From: Octopus bimaculoides
Taxonomy: Eukaryota
DNA: 64,000 nucleotides
Assembly: GCF_001194135.2 (NCBI RefSeq)
Contig: NC_068986.1
Span: forward strand, 66,379,504-66,443,503
Direction of reading: 5' to 3'
Shown: positions 25,294 to 38,060 of the stretch, in pieces
How positions within the stretch are numbered: the first letter of the stretch is position 1
Layout: the number at the start of each line of letters is the position of its first letter
Notes under the pieces: generated by a model
Seen by the model: the letters and a program-made list of their open reading frames with translations, nothing else
Database searches by the model: none
What the model was told of the DNA's origin: nothing
Translations under genes and position numbers: made by a program

Positions 25294-26999
25294 ACTACAG
25301 TCAAGTTGTTAGTCTGAAGCTACACTCCTAAACAAAGTTCATTAGAGTAGTAGGAGTCATGCAAAATAAATAACGTAAATCAACATATCTGAGCTAAACT
25401 AACTTTAGAAGATTAAAATTAAACACATCCACTTTCTCCATGAAGGATATTTCTAAAAGGGGGAAAAATTACTAGAGGATTTCTTCACAAGAAAATTAAA
25501 TAAATTAAACACTAGTTTAACATAAAATACAGTATCACTGATATATATGGCAATTAGAAAACATTCAGTTTCCTAACTTGAATCCTAATGTTTAATTTCA
25601 CGGTAACTAATATTATATACAGAGTTAAAAAGATTACTGGCAATGAACAATATAAAGTGATTGCAAAAGAAAATGTTAATAGTATTGAGTAATTGGTATA
25701 GATTATATATAACCAGAAGAAAAATAAATCCAAGAGCACTTCCTAAATTAACTAAAGAAAATTAGGGTTAATAAAGAATATTGAGGAAATGAGATTCACA
25801 CTAGACAAAAACAATTCACCAGACCAACACAACAGCAGAATATAAATGATTATGATGAAGAGATGCTTTCTGCTGCCAGTAATGCACAAATTCTGCATGC
25901 AATACTAATTATATCAACTAAGCCAACAGTTAAAATACTGAAATACACAATATTGATAAAACAGGTCATCATATTTTATTCAATTTGTTTATCTTGCAAA
26001 TTAGAAAAAAGGCAGTTCACATTCATTAACAGCCAATAAGAGTAACAAGTGGTCTAATTTTTTCTGCTACTAAAGACAAGACAGGACTTATGACTTCATA
26101 CTTTTGAAATACGTTAAAAATTATTTTAAAAAATAGAATGTGATCTGATTAAAGTAGCAATCTACTTAACTCAGTTTATAACATTGAAGCTAACATGCAG
26201 CAGGAAGATCAATGCTTGCGAACAGCAACAGATATTACTTAACTGGAATATTTGATTCCAATAACTAGAACTTGATTTGATATGTTGACAGTGGTCTGAA
26301 TTTAGCCAACATAGAAAATAAGCAGAACGGGAAGGTTGTTCTGCATTTCACTGGTAAAAGACAAAACATGGTTTCATAATGCAGCATTTTCATCTCTGAC
26401 ATTTTCTCCATATGCAACTCATCCAGATTGAACCAACCTCCTTCCAGTTTAATTTTACACATATCTGCTCAATTATTTTGCTTTCATGTGGAGATATAAT
26501 CTTATTAAACATTTTTTATGATTCATTTAAAAGAAAATTACATTGTTAAAATTTATAATTATTGATTATCTAATGACTAATTAAAGCTTCTGTAAGTGGT
26601 ACAGAAATAGCTAACAGCAATAGACTGTTTGCATGGCTGGAAGTTCACTTACCATTCTGATATAATTATTGCTAGAGATTAAATGTTCAAGCTGGTTTCA
26701 TAACCAACCCACCCAACACTGCCCAAAACTTTTCACAGTCCAATTCATCTATATTTACCTCTTCATATTTAAACAATAATATTCATATAAATTTCATGTT
26801 AGCAAAAGCATAAGACTTAACTAGATAAATAGTTGCTGTACATTATGGGAAATTTGTGTTCTCTAAATTTAGAGAAAAAATTTTCCACCTTTTAACTTTT
26901 TATCCTTGAAATAAATGAATTTTTGAAAGAAGTGGCAGCAAATAAAAAATGCAATAAGCAAAACAACAAAGATATCAAATATTACAATTTCTTACCACT

Positions 27000-27848
27000 A
27001 GAATAAGAATAGCCTGGGCAAAGTTTAGAAAGCTTCTACCCCTACTGGTGACAAAAGGCCTCTCACTCAGAGTGAAAGGTAGATTGTACGATGCATGTGT
27101 GCGAACTGCCATGCTTCACGGCAGTGACTGCTGAGGACATGCGTAGGCTTGAAAGAAATGAAGCTAGCACGATCCGCTGGATGTGTAATGTCAGTGTGCA
27201 CACATGTCAAAGTGTAAGCACCCTGAGAGAAATGTTGGACATAAGAAGCATCGGATGTGATGTGCAAGAGAGACGTTTGCGCTGGTATGGTCATATACTA
27301 CAGATGGATGAGGAGAGCTGTGTGAAGAAGTGCCACTCCCAAACAGTTGAAGGAAATCGGGGTAGAGGTTGACCCAGGAAGACATGGGATGAGGTGGTGA
27401 AGCATGACCTTCGAACGTTGGGCCTCACAGAGGCAATGATGAAAGACCGAGACTTCTGGAGATATGCTGTGACTGCGAAGATCCAGCAAAGTGAGTTCAC
27501 GGCTGTATCCTACACAAGTTTCACATAACCAGCTCACTCAAAAGTACCTTGGATCGTAGGGCGACATGCTGTGCTTGAGGAGAACTATTGAGTCACATAC
27601 ATCAACATCAAAATGAAATTCAAATGTAAATTGTAGTTATGATCCCCGTACTGGTGGCACGTAAAAAGCACCCACTACACTCATAGAGTGGTTAGCGTTA
27701 GGAAGGGCATCCAGCTGTAGAAACACTGTCAGATCAGACTGGAGCCTGGTGCAGCCTCCTGGCTTCCCAGACCTCAGTCGAACCGTCCAACCCATGCTAG
27801 TATGGAAAACGGGCATTAAACGATGATGATGATGATGATGATGATGAC
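27000..27848 (+). mobile_element. RTE LINE 3' fragment with 3' UTR and (GAT)n tail
   Basis: Translates to RIRIAWAKFRKLLPLLVTKG...RWMCNVSV...RLRWYGH; ends ...attaaacgatgatgatgatg. Confidence 0.88.
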
Positions 27849-29794
27849 AGCAATTCAAACATCAATATTTGAAAGCAAGAATAAGTTCATTCCAGAAACA
27901 CAATGGAACAAAAACTTCTAAATATTTCCCAGGTTGAAATTTTCAAAAGAAACCCAACCCAATCAATCCTCTCAATGATTCAAAAACCAATTTTGGCATT
28001 TTATTTTTGTGTGTTGGTATATTCCAAACAATAACTACTGAAACAAATCTTTACATAGAACACAAAGAAAAAAGATGGCTATGGTCTTTTATACACCTGG
28101 ATGAATTTCAGGCCTTTTTTGCAAAAAATATGGGCATCAGGAATCTCTTCAAAACTGGAAACAACTGGAACAAACATCTTGGTCATCTCTGTTTCCACTA
28201 TCACAAACAGTACAGCTGTTTGTCATGCCGGCATTTGCATATATGAGACACCAGTAGTATACTTGTAGACGAAGAAGATTCTGCCCTCTTATTTGAAGAT
28301 TCTATCCATCGGTATTTAGCCCTCTGAAATAGTCCCCATTATAGTCAATGGTGAGATTCAGAAAGAGGTTGATTAATTCAAATATTTTGATGCCACCTTC
28401 ATTGATAGAGAGATATCAGTACCAATCATGCACAAAGTACATTCAATCCTTTTGAAAGCTGGTCTAGTTTGGCGATACATGTAACCGTAACAATTCACAT
28501 TTAACAAGTGTTCATTCACACCATTTCACAGTACAACTGTGCAGTGACCAATAAGAGTGACAAACATGCATTCAAATTGATCAATTTCACTGAATTCACT
28601 ACACTGATACTTAGGATTTTGTGTGGAACTCCATTGCCAGATTGATTCCCTTCAACAACTTTAGCTCAGAAAGAGCCCGTATTGTTTTGGTCACATAACA
28701 CAGTCATGCCAGAACCCTTCTCAGAATAGCTTAAAAAGGAAGACAGGTAGCTGAAAATATGGATCTCAAAATTATATCTGATCTTACAAAATTATTACCA
28801 GCTCAAATATGCATGGGGCATATTCGAACTAGTAAGAAAGCCATCCACTGTGTTTTGTCACGGAGAAAATTCCTCACCATAGACTAATGGTGTAAATACA
28901 CCCTAAAAACACTTAGTTTTACATAAATGGTGCATTAACACCTCTCTATCTCCATGACAAAACACAATGAATGGCTTTCTTACTAGTTCAAATATCTTGT
29001 ATTTATACACATCACTACTTAGTGCTCCCGCCCAGTAATAATTACTGAAACAAGAAGAAGAAGCTGTTTCTTGGATTTATAAGAGACAAAATGAATATTG
29101 GAAAGACGAAGCTGATGGCAAATTAAGTATTTAGCAAAATGGAAACAGGTTAATGTAAGGATCACTAATCTATCGTTAGTGAAAGGAGTATATGAACTTT
29201 AAATACACTGGAAGTATCCACTGAAAATGTAGCAGTATAAGAAGATTATCAATTAACGTAGTAACTAAATCTAAGTGTAAGAATGGGAGAAGATGGAAGA
29301 AATGACAGGCTAGATCTTGGAAACAGTATGAACACAGGTGTGAAAACATTTTATGTAAGAGACAAAGAATGAAGAAGGTGAACCTACTTATCAACAGTGG
29401 CTAAAGCAGGATGCAGATGAAAGAAAGTGTGAGAAATGATAAGGAGCATGTTAGCAAGTAGTGCTGTTGAAACAACAGGAAAAGGTGCATGTTGCATGTG
29501 TAAGAAGCACTATGATTTATGGGAATGTAATATATGGGTAACAAAAGTGAATCAGCAAAGAATGCTGAAAAGAAAAAAAACAAATGAGAATGGCTCAGTG
29601 GTAGAATGGAAAGGGGACAGTGGAATATTGGAGAGAGGGAGAGAGTGTGAGTGAACTGCAGAGAATGATGGAAATAGAACTAGAAATAGACATTGTGAAT
29701 GAAAAGGAGATGAAATGGCTGGGTCATATGCTGAGGAAATATCAAACAACTTCAAATAACCCCAGAGCAAATTTTTTAGAATAAATCCTTTTAA

Positions 29795-29995
29795 TAAAAG
29801 GCACAAGGCCTAACACTTGGGGGGGGGTCCAGTTGATTACATTAACCCGTGCTCAAGTGGTACTTATTTTATTGACCCCAAAAGGATGAAAGTCAAAGCT
29901 GACCTTGGCGAAATTTGAACTCAGAACATTAAAATAGACAAAATGCTGCTAAGCATTTTGCCTGGCTTGTTAATGATTCTGCTAGCTCACTGCCA
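29795..29995 (-). mobile_element. tRNA-derived SINE, MetaSINE-like central motif
   Basis: ggtacttattttattgaccccaaaaggatgaaag...aatttgaactcagaac; on the minus strand this gives a B-box-like GAGTTCAAATT. Other copies at about 8090-8240, 31325-31535, 38400-38530, 44330-44400, 46030-46125, 50495-50705, 57010-57210 and 62755-62970. The family name is from memory. Confidence 0.65.
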
Positions 29996-32600
29996 TTTTA
30001 GAATTAAATAATCCCATCAAGTAATAAATTATTTTAATATTGATTAATATAACTTCCGCTGTCACAACTACAAGAATCATCTGTTTTGGAAAGATTGTAA
30101 AAGCACTAGCTCCAAGGAAATCATTTTTTCCATCAAGATGACATATATATTGTCATATACATATGTTGAAAGTTTAAGTAGAGGGCTTAGTTGCTGTTGT
30201 GTTACATTCATGATCATGGAATCATGGTTTTGATTTCACATTGCTCTGCAATCACTTTAGCATGACATGTGGCACGTTGCACAGCTGTAGAGTAAAAACA
30301 TTTGATCACTATAAACATATCATCTCTACAGGTTAAGAAACTGCAGAACAGTTATCCATCATCTATAACAGGAGGGTTCACAATATGTTGAAAGTAAATG
30401 TTTGCAAAACTTGTTAACTATGGACATTTGTTTAATAACTACCACAAACACCTCCAGAGTGCTGTACAGCAGTAATGGATTCTCAGGCCAAGGCAGAGTG
30501 TACAGGAACGCGTTTCAAATGCAAACATCTTCAATGAATCTTATTTATTTTCCTGTAGAAATACCAGATATCACTGCTTTGAGACTGACTTTCATTATCC
30601 TTAGGTAACCACAGCATTGTAACCCAAATTAAATGATGAAAGGAATCCAGATTTAAATCAGATCAATCTAAGCTCAATTCAAAACATAAATACTACTGTG
30701 CTTTATCTAAATATCTATTATTTAATTTGCTCTGAGGTTGTTTCAATTCGTACCTGAAAAGGTATAGTAATAAGAACTTAAACTGCTAACTTTCATTCAT
30801 TCATTCATCATCATTTAATGTCCAGCCACTCAGGCTTCATATCTGTTTTAGCATGGCTTCTACAATTGGATGCCCTTCCTAACACCAACCACTTTACAGA
30901 GCGTACTGGGTGCTGTTATGCAGCACAGGTGTGTTTACATGGCACTTGATTCAATCCCTTGTCAGTCCCCCTGTGAGTCCCAACATCTGTAGATCCTTTC
31001 TCACCACTTTGTCCGTCTTTCTGGGTCTACCCTTTCCACATGTTCTCTCTACACTTAAAGATCAGCACTTCTTGATGCAACTGTCTTCATTCATATGCAT
31101 TACATGACCATACCAGCACAGTCTTCTCTCTTGCACACTACATTTGATGCCTCATATACCCAGTTTTTTTTCTCAAATCCCTTATACTGTCATATATGCA
31201 CACTAACATTACCCATCCATTGGAGAATACTGGCTTCATTTCTTTCAAACCATGCCTAAATATTCTATTCTGGAGATAGTATTTGTAACACTGCAACTCT
31301 CAGAGAATCAAATACACTTAATATTTGCTTTCTGTCAAACTGGTTTCAAATTTTTGGCACAAGTAGTTTTGGGGAAGCAATTTTTACATCAACCCAAGTA
31401 CTCAATTGGTACTTATTTTATCAACCCTGAAAGGCTGTAAGGTAAATCAACCTTGGCAAAATTTGAACCCAAAACAAGGACGAAATACAGCTAAGCATTT
31501 TGCCCGACATACTAACGATTCTGCCAGTTTGCTGCCTTTATGCTTTCTGACAAAATGCCAAAGAATATCTTACACTCTGTGCATTCAAAGTAAAACCATC
31601 TCTCAGATATGAGGGTTCTTCCTATGCACTACCAACCTAGTTTGATTTTGTGAATCTTCAAGCCTTCTAAAACACTTCAAAATGTAAAATTTTTGCAGTT
31701 TTCCAACAGAATCTGTAATGACATTAGCACAATTCCAATAAAAGCAAAGGCTAGAATGAAGAGAATGCAAAGACTCAGTGAACACTCGTCTATACACTAA
31801 AATTCATAAGTTCTCTGCTAGTTCTGACACTCTTCTCTATTTTATACATGGTCAAAGTCCCGTACAAAAACCATTATCCACACTTTTCAGACCAATCAAG
31901 CTGAGAAAAAGGCTATGCAAAAACGCTTCTGTAACGAGATAACTGCAATAAGTTATCTTCATAGTGACTAAGGTCATGCAACTATGTGACCTCAATGACT
32001 GGTATGGCAGCATTTTTCATTTGGGCAGCATATAGGTGCAGTCAAGGTGTGAGTCATGACAGACAACTATAAAAGATTACCTTAGAGAAGCAGAAAATGC
32101 AATTGTGATGACTAATGAAGAAAAGAAAAAATCATTTTCTCCGAATATTGATAAAATCACAAGAGATACTTGCTGCAATCAAATAATGTAAGATACAGTT
32201 GATACAGACTAATACAATTGCATATATGGACAACTGAGTAGTAACTCAGGTTTCAGAAAGTCTAAGAGAGGAAGCACTACAACAAACAAAAATACCAGTT
32301 CAAGAGAGTTATCTCAGAATTCAGTAAGTAAAAATGACTGCAATATTATTGTTGACTATACAATAGTAAGAAAGAAGAAAGAAAAACAAGAGTCCATTCA
32401 ATACACAGAAAAGAAGATGTGAAACTATGTACCAAAATAAACCTCTAAAAGAATTTCTGAAGAGAATTTTTCATCCAAAATAGTTTTTAATTTTAACAAT
32501 CATTGAGAATTGGTTAATTATTGAGGACAAATAGAAAAAAACCCCCCAAAAAGTGTAATTCTTGCAGAACTGAAAGCAATATATATCATCATTTAGCATC

Positions 32601-32602
<2 letters not shown>

Positions 32603-32676
<74 letters not shown>
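32603..32676. repeat. (TG)n microsatellite
   Basis: Read directly from the sequence. Confidence 0.95.
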
Positions 32677-32687
<11 letters not shown>

Positions 32688-35600
32688 CATCATCATCGTT
32701 TAACATCCACCTTCTATGTTGGCATGGGTGGGACAGATTGCCAGGAGCTGGCCAAGCAAGAGCCTGACCAAACTTCTGTAACTGTTTTGGCAGGATTTTT
32801 ACAGCTGGATGCCCTTTCTAACACCAACAACTCAGCAAAATGGACTTTTTATGTGCTATTTATGTGGCACAAGCAAAGGCGAGGCAAGTTTTGGCAAGGT
32901 TTTTACAGCTAGATGCCCTTCTGAACACCAACCACTTGACAGAATAGACTGTGGCACCTGCACTGAAAGGGTCACCAAGTAACTTGCTAGGCAAGGGGGC
33001 ACTGGAGGAGGTGACCTTGTGTCAGGTGATGAAAGGTTATAGTGAGACAGAAACAGGTGTCTTGCAGTAGAGGAGGTACAATGTTACCCAACCAGAGAGT
33101 GAAAGAGAAAGAGAGATCAAGAATGAAAACAGAAACAGGTGTGCAGCTGCAAGGAGATATATATGAGAAGAAAGAGATAGAGCATATTACCACTAATATT
33201 TTTGTGTTAAATAATTATTTTTAATATACTTTTCCTGCTATAATGCTACACATTTATATTCCTTGTGTACTAAAATTTTGTTAAATATCAATGAGTAAGC
33301 TGAACCTGATTTAGTCTTCCAGTCAAAATTGAATATTCAGATTTTATAACGAATGCAGAATTGTGTCTTTAACAGGCAGACAGTTCACAACCATAAACAG
33401 CATGGAGAAGAAAAAAATCACCACAGTGTGTGTGTGTGTGTAACCTCATAGAACTGTCAAGCTTTCACTGGCTATCAATCCTGAACTCGAGTCCTACAAG
33501 TTATTGAAGAAGATAGAAGATACTAGAAAATATAATATAATCCAAGATATGCTAAAAACAAATTTCTTCTGAACTACTAGAAATAGTAGATTTGATAATT
33601 AAGCATCCAATTTTCTTCACATATTTGTGATTATAAAATGGCATAATTAACTGAAATTAATGGAGCAAGTATGCTTGTAGCTAGATAACATAAAAACAAA
33701 TCTAGAAATGGTTACCCATTTCAGACAACCTGAGTACCATAAACATTGTGTACCTTATCTGAAGACAACGGAAATGCTTCAATTTATGACTTTTTACAGC
33801 TTCCATGAACCTTACTTAATGCAACAGAATTCAATACTGCAAATAGTAAGTTTTGTTGATGAATGTGACTAACCTTCACATTGCATCTGCTGTCTTTGAA
33901 TTGCTTCCTTTATTTTCTTGTCTTTATAAAGGCTAAAATTGCTTGCAGTGGGCAAATTAATGCCTATGGATTGATCAAGATCCTGACAGTATAGTCCACA
34001 ATTACAGCAATCTATGAGTGACATTAGACATTAGCTTTGTGCTCACTTAGAATTACAAATACTGTAGTTAGAGTTCTTCATTAAACCACTTATAAACTTT
34101 TTACATAATTCCCTCAAGACATAACTGACAATACACTACATTTTAAGGGAATCATTATGCAATAAAAAAAACTTACTTTCTTTTAATTAGAGCAAACTAT
34201 TAGTCATTGGATAGGTAGTCACAGTACAGTCAATACATTAGACTTTGCAATGTTATATTCCACGACTTCTTTCAACAAAATGTTTATTTCTATTCCACCT
34301 CAGTATATCAAACTGAAAAAAGATACTAGAATGTACTCAGTCCACAATGCCATAAAGACAACCATTCTCCTCCCTGTTGTTGTTTGCCAGGTGACAAAGG
34401 AGCAAGATGAGACCTGTCTAACCAATAACTAAATAGAAAAGCAGATGTATGATGATAATTTATTCAGAACTTCCTTATTTGCACAAATTTTCACTGGCTT
34501 GTGAACAAAATTCTCTGAAACTACGAACTCTGGCCACAGAAAAACAATGATCACAAATTCTAAATAACCATTATTTTCTACAAAAGTAATTTAAATTACT
34601 CAGAATATCCCATCCACTACTCTCTCCAGCAATTCTATTCAGACACGACGTGGATATGTTCACAAAATGAAAACCGACAAGTGTTTTTTAAGTGCATAAT
34701 AAGCTTAGATATTAACAATATCATTACAATTTGGTTACATACAAAGAAAATTGAAATTGTTACCTTATTTAAAAACATGACCAGGAGCAGAGTTTGAACC
34801 AGGAATTATACACCTCTAAATATCACGAATATACCAATGAGAGAAAGCGTTAATGCAAGATAAAACTCACAACATGAAGGAATTCAACATCCTCTAAGCA
34901 TTCAAACACAATATAATATATGCTAATATCTGAACTCACTTTAAAACCAACAGCAAATTTTGCTGTAGCGCTATACGATCGATTAATGAATACACTAATT
35001 AAACGAATTTCTGAAGGGCTTTAATCACAAATAAAAAGAGAACTTCACGTGATGGATATTTCTTCTGATAATGAAAGAGCATTTGAAAATGATACTTGCA
35101 AGTTTGAATAGTCATTCTAAACTAGGTGTAAAATGAGTGAGCAATCTACGTGGTCACTCGTCGTGCTAGAAACAGCAACCATATCTTTCTCAACTCACAC
35201 CTTCACCGTTTTATATGAAAACAAGACATTAGTTAATGCAGTCTTAAGATACCCGCCAAAAGGCTAGATGATCATGGCTGGAATGGTTTTGATCAAAATT
35301 CTTCTCGATCAGAGTTAACCTTAGACTAAAAACTAGATTTTGAAGGCCTGTAGATACATACGTAATTTCTCGATTTCTATAGGTAGTGTATTTTTAAAAA
35401 AATTATTTTAATACGAACGTTTTAACTTCATAACGATATCGTTGGTATCATATATATTATAACAAATTTATTTATAAATTTCCCCAAAACATATACTGGC
35501 GTCCTGAAATAATATGATGCTTCAAATACAAAGAAAATATTAACGACTGTACATCCGAGTCAGCCTAAGCCAAAACCTAATTATATCGTGTCACACACAA

Positions 35601-36070
35601 CAGGTCACCTGGCTAGTAACTCAGTTATCTCCCCTCTACATACCGGAAGTAACCGCTATGTAAAGATATTTCAAGAGTTAGACAGGTAGATCGTATGTCG
35701 CTATTTTCTAATGTAAAAGGTAAAATCCTGTGGGATTTCGAAGACATTTATTTTCATTGAAACTAGTAAAAGTGAAACACATTTTCAATAAAATATTTTC
35801 CACGAACATTTATTTCTACGACGCCATGATCTGTATTATTAAATACTCTAAGTTCATGTAACCTTTTGCAAGAAGTTCCGCTTGAGCGACATCAAATATG
35901 TATATGTACGCGAGAAAGAAAGCCTTTGAGCTTAGCTTTTAATGTTAGAGACAGACAGACCATTTCGACAAACTTAGCAAATGAAACATCAAATAATTTT
36001 TAACTTATTTGCCCAAGTACACAACAAAAACTATCTCAGGGTATCATTATTAGTAGAGTATATTGTTTTA

Positions 36071-36112
<42 letters not shown>

Positions 36113-36847
36113 ATATATACCGACCAACAACCTAAGAAAAAAATCAGGTTGCTATGCACACTACTGATAAAACTGGTAACAGTTTTTCTGCGTTAAGCTC
36201 CACTAGATACACTGTGACAAAAACAACAAAATGGAGGAAAATACAATGTAATTATTATAATTAAGTGAGAACTTGTGAACATCTTTTTAACATCACATTT
36301 TCAAGAAATAATTATAAAACACGCATTTCCATCATTTGTGGAAATAACATCCAAGTCTATAATAGAATTCAATGCTTATAGTACGACTAAAAAGAAAATT
36401 CCGCTGACGAGTGCTGTAGATTCAAACAGAAGGGTATTTTCTTAATATTACACCCATCTCACGAGACGGGTGTGATAGTAAAAATTTACCGGAATTGGAG
36501 TGAGGGAGAAATGTAAAAAAAATTTGAACAAAAATTCTTTCACTGTTGGAAACAGTGGTCCTTTTTCCATGAGGTCGTGATATCTATTCCTAAGTCCAGC
36601 GATCAGAAATTAAAGAAGCTACATTTCTCGCATATGAAATAAAGTAGCGAGACACGATAAACTAAATTTCATGAACCAACAGAGGAAAACTACGCAATTA
36701 CCGGACTCGTTAGACATAGTAGCCAAATCTTTCATCTACACTATTCCTCTACACAAAGAGGAAAGATATCTGAAATGATGAAAAAAAAAATGGGATGTTT
36801 ACGGCGGGAATGTTGGAACAATATCGAAACGTTCCCGCCGTAGCACT

Positions 36848-37424
36848 GGATCTATTTCAAAACGGGGGCAGGGGCACCATTTTCATTTATGTTTTATGTA
36901 GTGTTTTTGGTACCTAAAGACTTTCAAACTTCGTATACTTATCTATTTTGTGTTATAGAACAGAAAAAAATTTTTGTATTCGAATTTATTTCATGTAAAA
37001 AATTGTCTTATTTCGATAATTTCTACTAATCACTGACGTCTATTCAGTTGAAAACAGTTAGCGCTGTAACGGTGTATATCGTATTAATCCCCTAACTCTA
37101 AAATTGTTACACACATAGATAGGCACAGCGTAATTTATTATATAAACAACATATGCGTATAAATTACGATTAAACCGGATGAAATATGTCACAGGGAATA
37201 ACATTTTTATGACCGCCCAGCAGTAACTCTATTCAGCTGAATAGACGTCAGTGATTGGTTGAAATTACAGAAATACAACTTTAACATGGAATAACTTGCG
37301 ATGTACGTTTTTTTGTTAAGAAGACTAAGAGTAAAAGATGTTTTACATGACACATTCTACCAGTGTCCAAAGTTTCAAAGTGTTTCGTTAAGAAAATACT
37401 GGTGCCCCGTTTTGAAATAGATCC
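36848..37424. mobile_element. 577-bp MITE with GG...CC termini and 8-bp TSD (Merlin- or MULE-like)
   Basis: TIR GGATCTATTTCAAAACGGGG at both ends; GTAGCACT at 36840-36847 and 37425-37432; internal inverted pair 37028-37052 and 37232-37256 (24/25). Confidence 0.85.
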
Positions 37425-37826
37425 GTAGCACTTGCCCCAGCCCCAATCAGAGCTGTCTTGAAACTAAAACTAAATGTACTTTGATTTATTAGCATCTTTT
37501 ACAGCGATGAGAGCGAAGGATGAGAGAACATTATTGAAGCAGATTAGAATGTTGATACAGTATTCAGGTAAGAGAGATAAAAACACACAGTATAGACCCA
37601 GAAAAAATAGCTTCCTAGAACCAATCAATACTATGGGTAAGCGCCCTCTTATTTGTTAATGCTTTAGCTAGGCCCATTCTCGCGAAACATCCCCACTTTT
37701 CTACAAACCTACACAGTAAAGGGATGAGTAGTACCTCCTTCATCTTCACTTTTCTCTCCAAGTCTTGTCGTTCTTACCAGTAGTCCTTGGAAGTTCTACT
37801 AGCTCAATTACTCGATTGATAGAGGG

Positions 37827-38060
37827 TTGCCAGCGCTTGATAACATTCCAGATGTCAAACGCCCACCCAGTTTTGGTCTTCCCCTAACACAGGACAGCAG
37901 TTCCGTTAAAAAGAAAAACGATAAGCTATGGGAGGAAATGTGTCTCACAGTACATTTCTGCATATCATCAACGACAACATACCCGCGTGGGGACTGTTGG
38001 CAGCAGATGGACTGCCTGACCAGAGGAACGCGTCCATTACATAAAAAGCAAAACGGCTAA
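37827..38060 (+). mobile_element. Possible decayed Ty3/Gypsy integrase core remnant
   Basis: FGLP...LWEEMC...STTTYPRGD resembles the integrase pattern FGxP..SDxG..F...W..LC...TTxYHPxGNG, but the catalytic residues are not intact. Confidence 0.4.

Noticed and set aside
28000-28460. Possible minus-strand LINE C-terminal remnant
   Set aside because: Only weak similarity by eye across several broken frames; I could not support a family call.
36404-36427. CTGACGAG...ttcAAAC as a second hammerhead
   Set aside because: It lacks the conserved GAAA and a convincing helix II.
36447-36476. Small hairpin attacacccatctc-ac-gagacgggtgtgat, and an 11-bp hairpin at 39751-39776
   Set aside because: Both are real but short, probably MITE or Helitron scraps, with nothing further to support a function.
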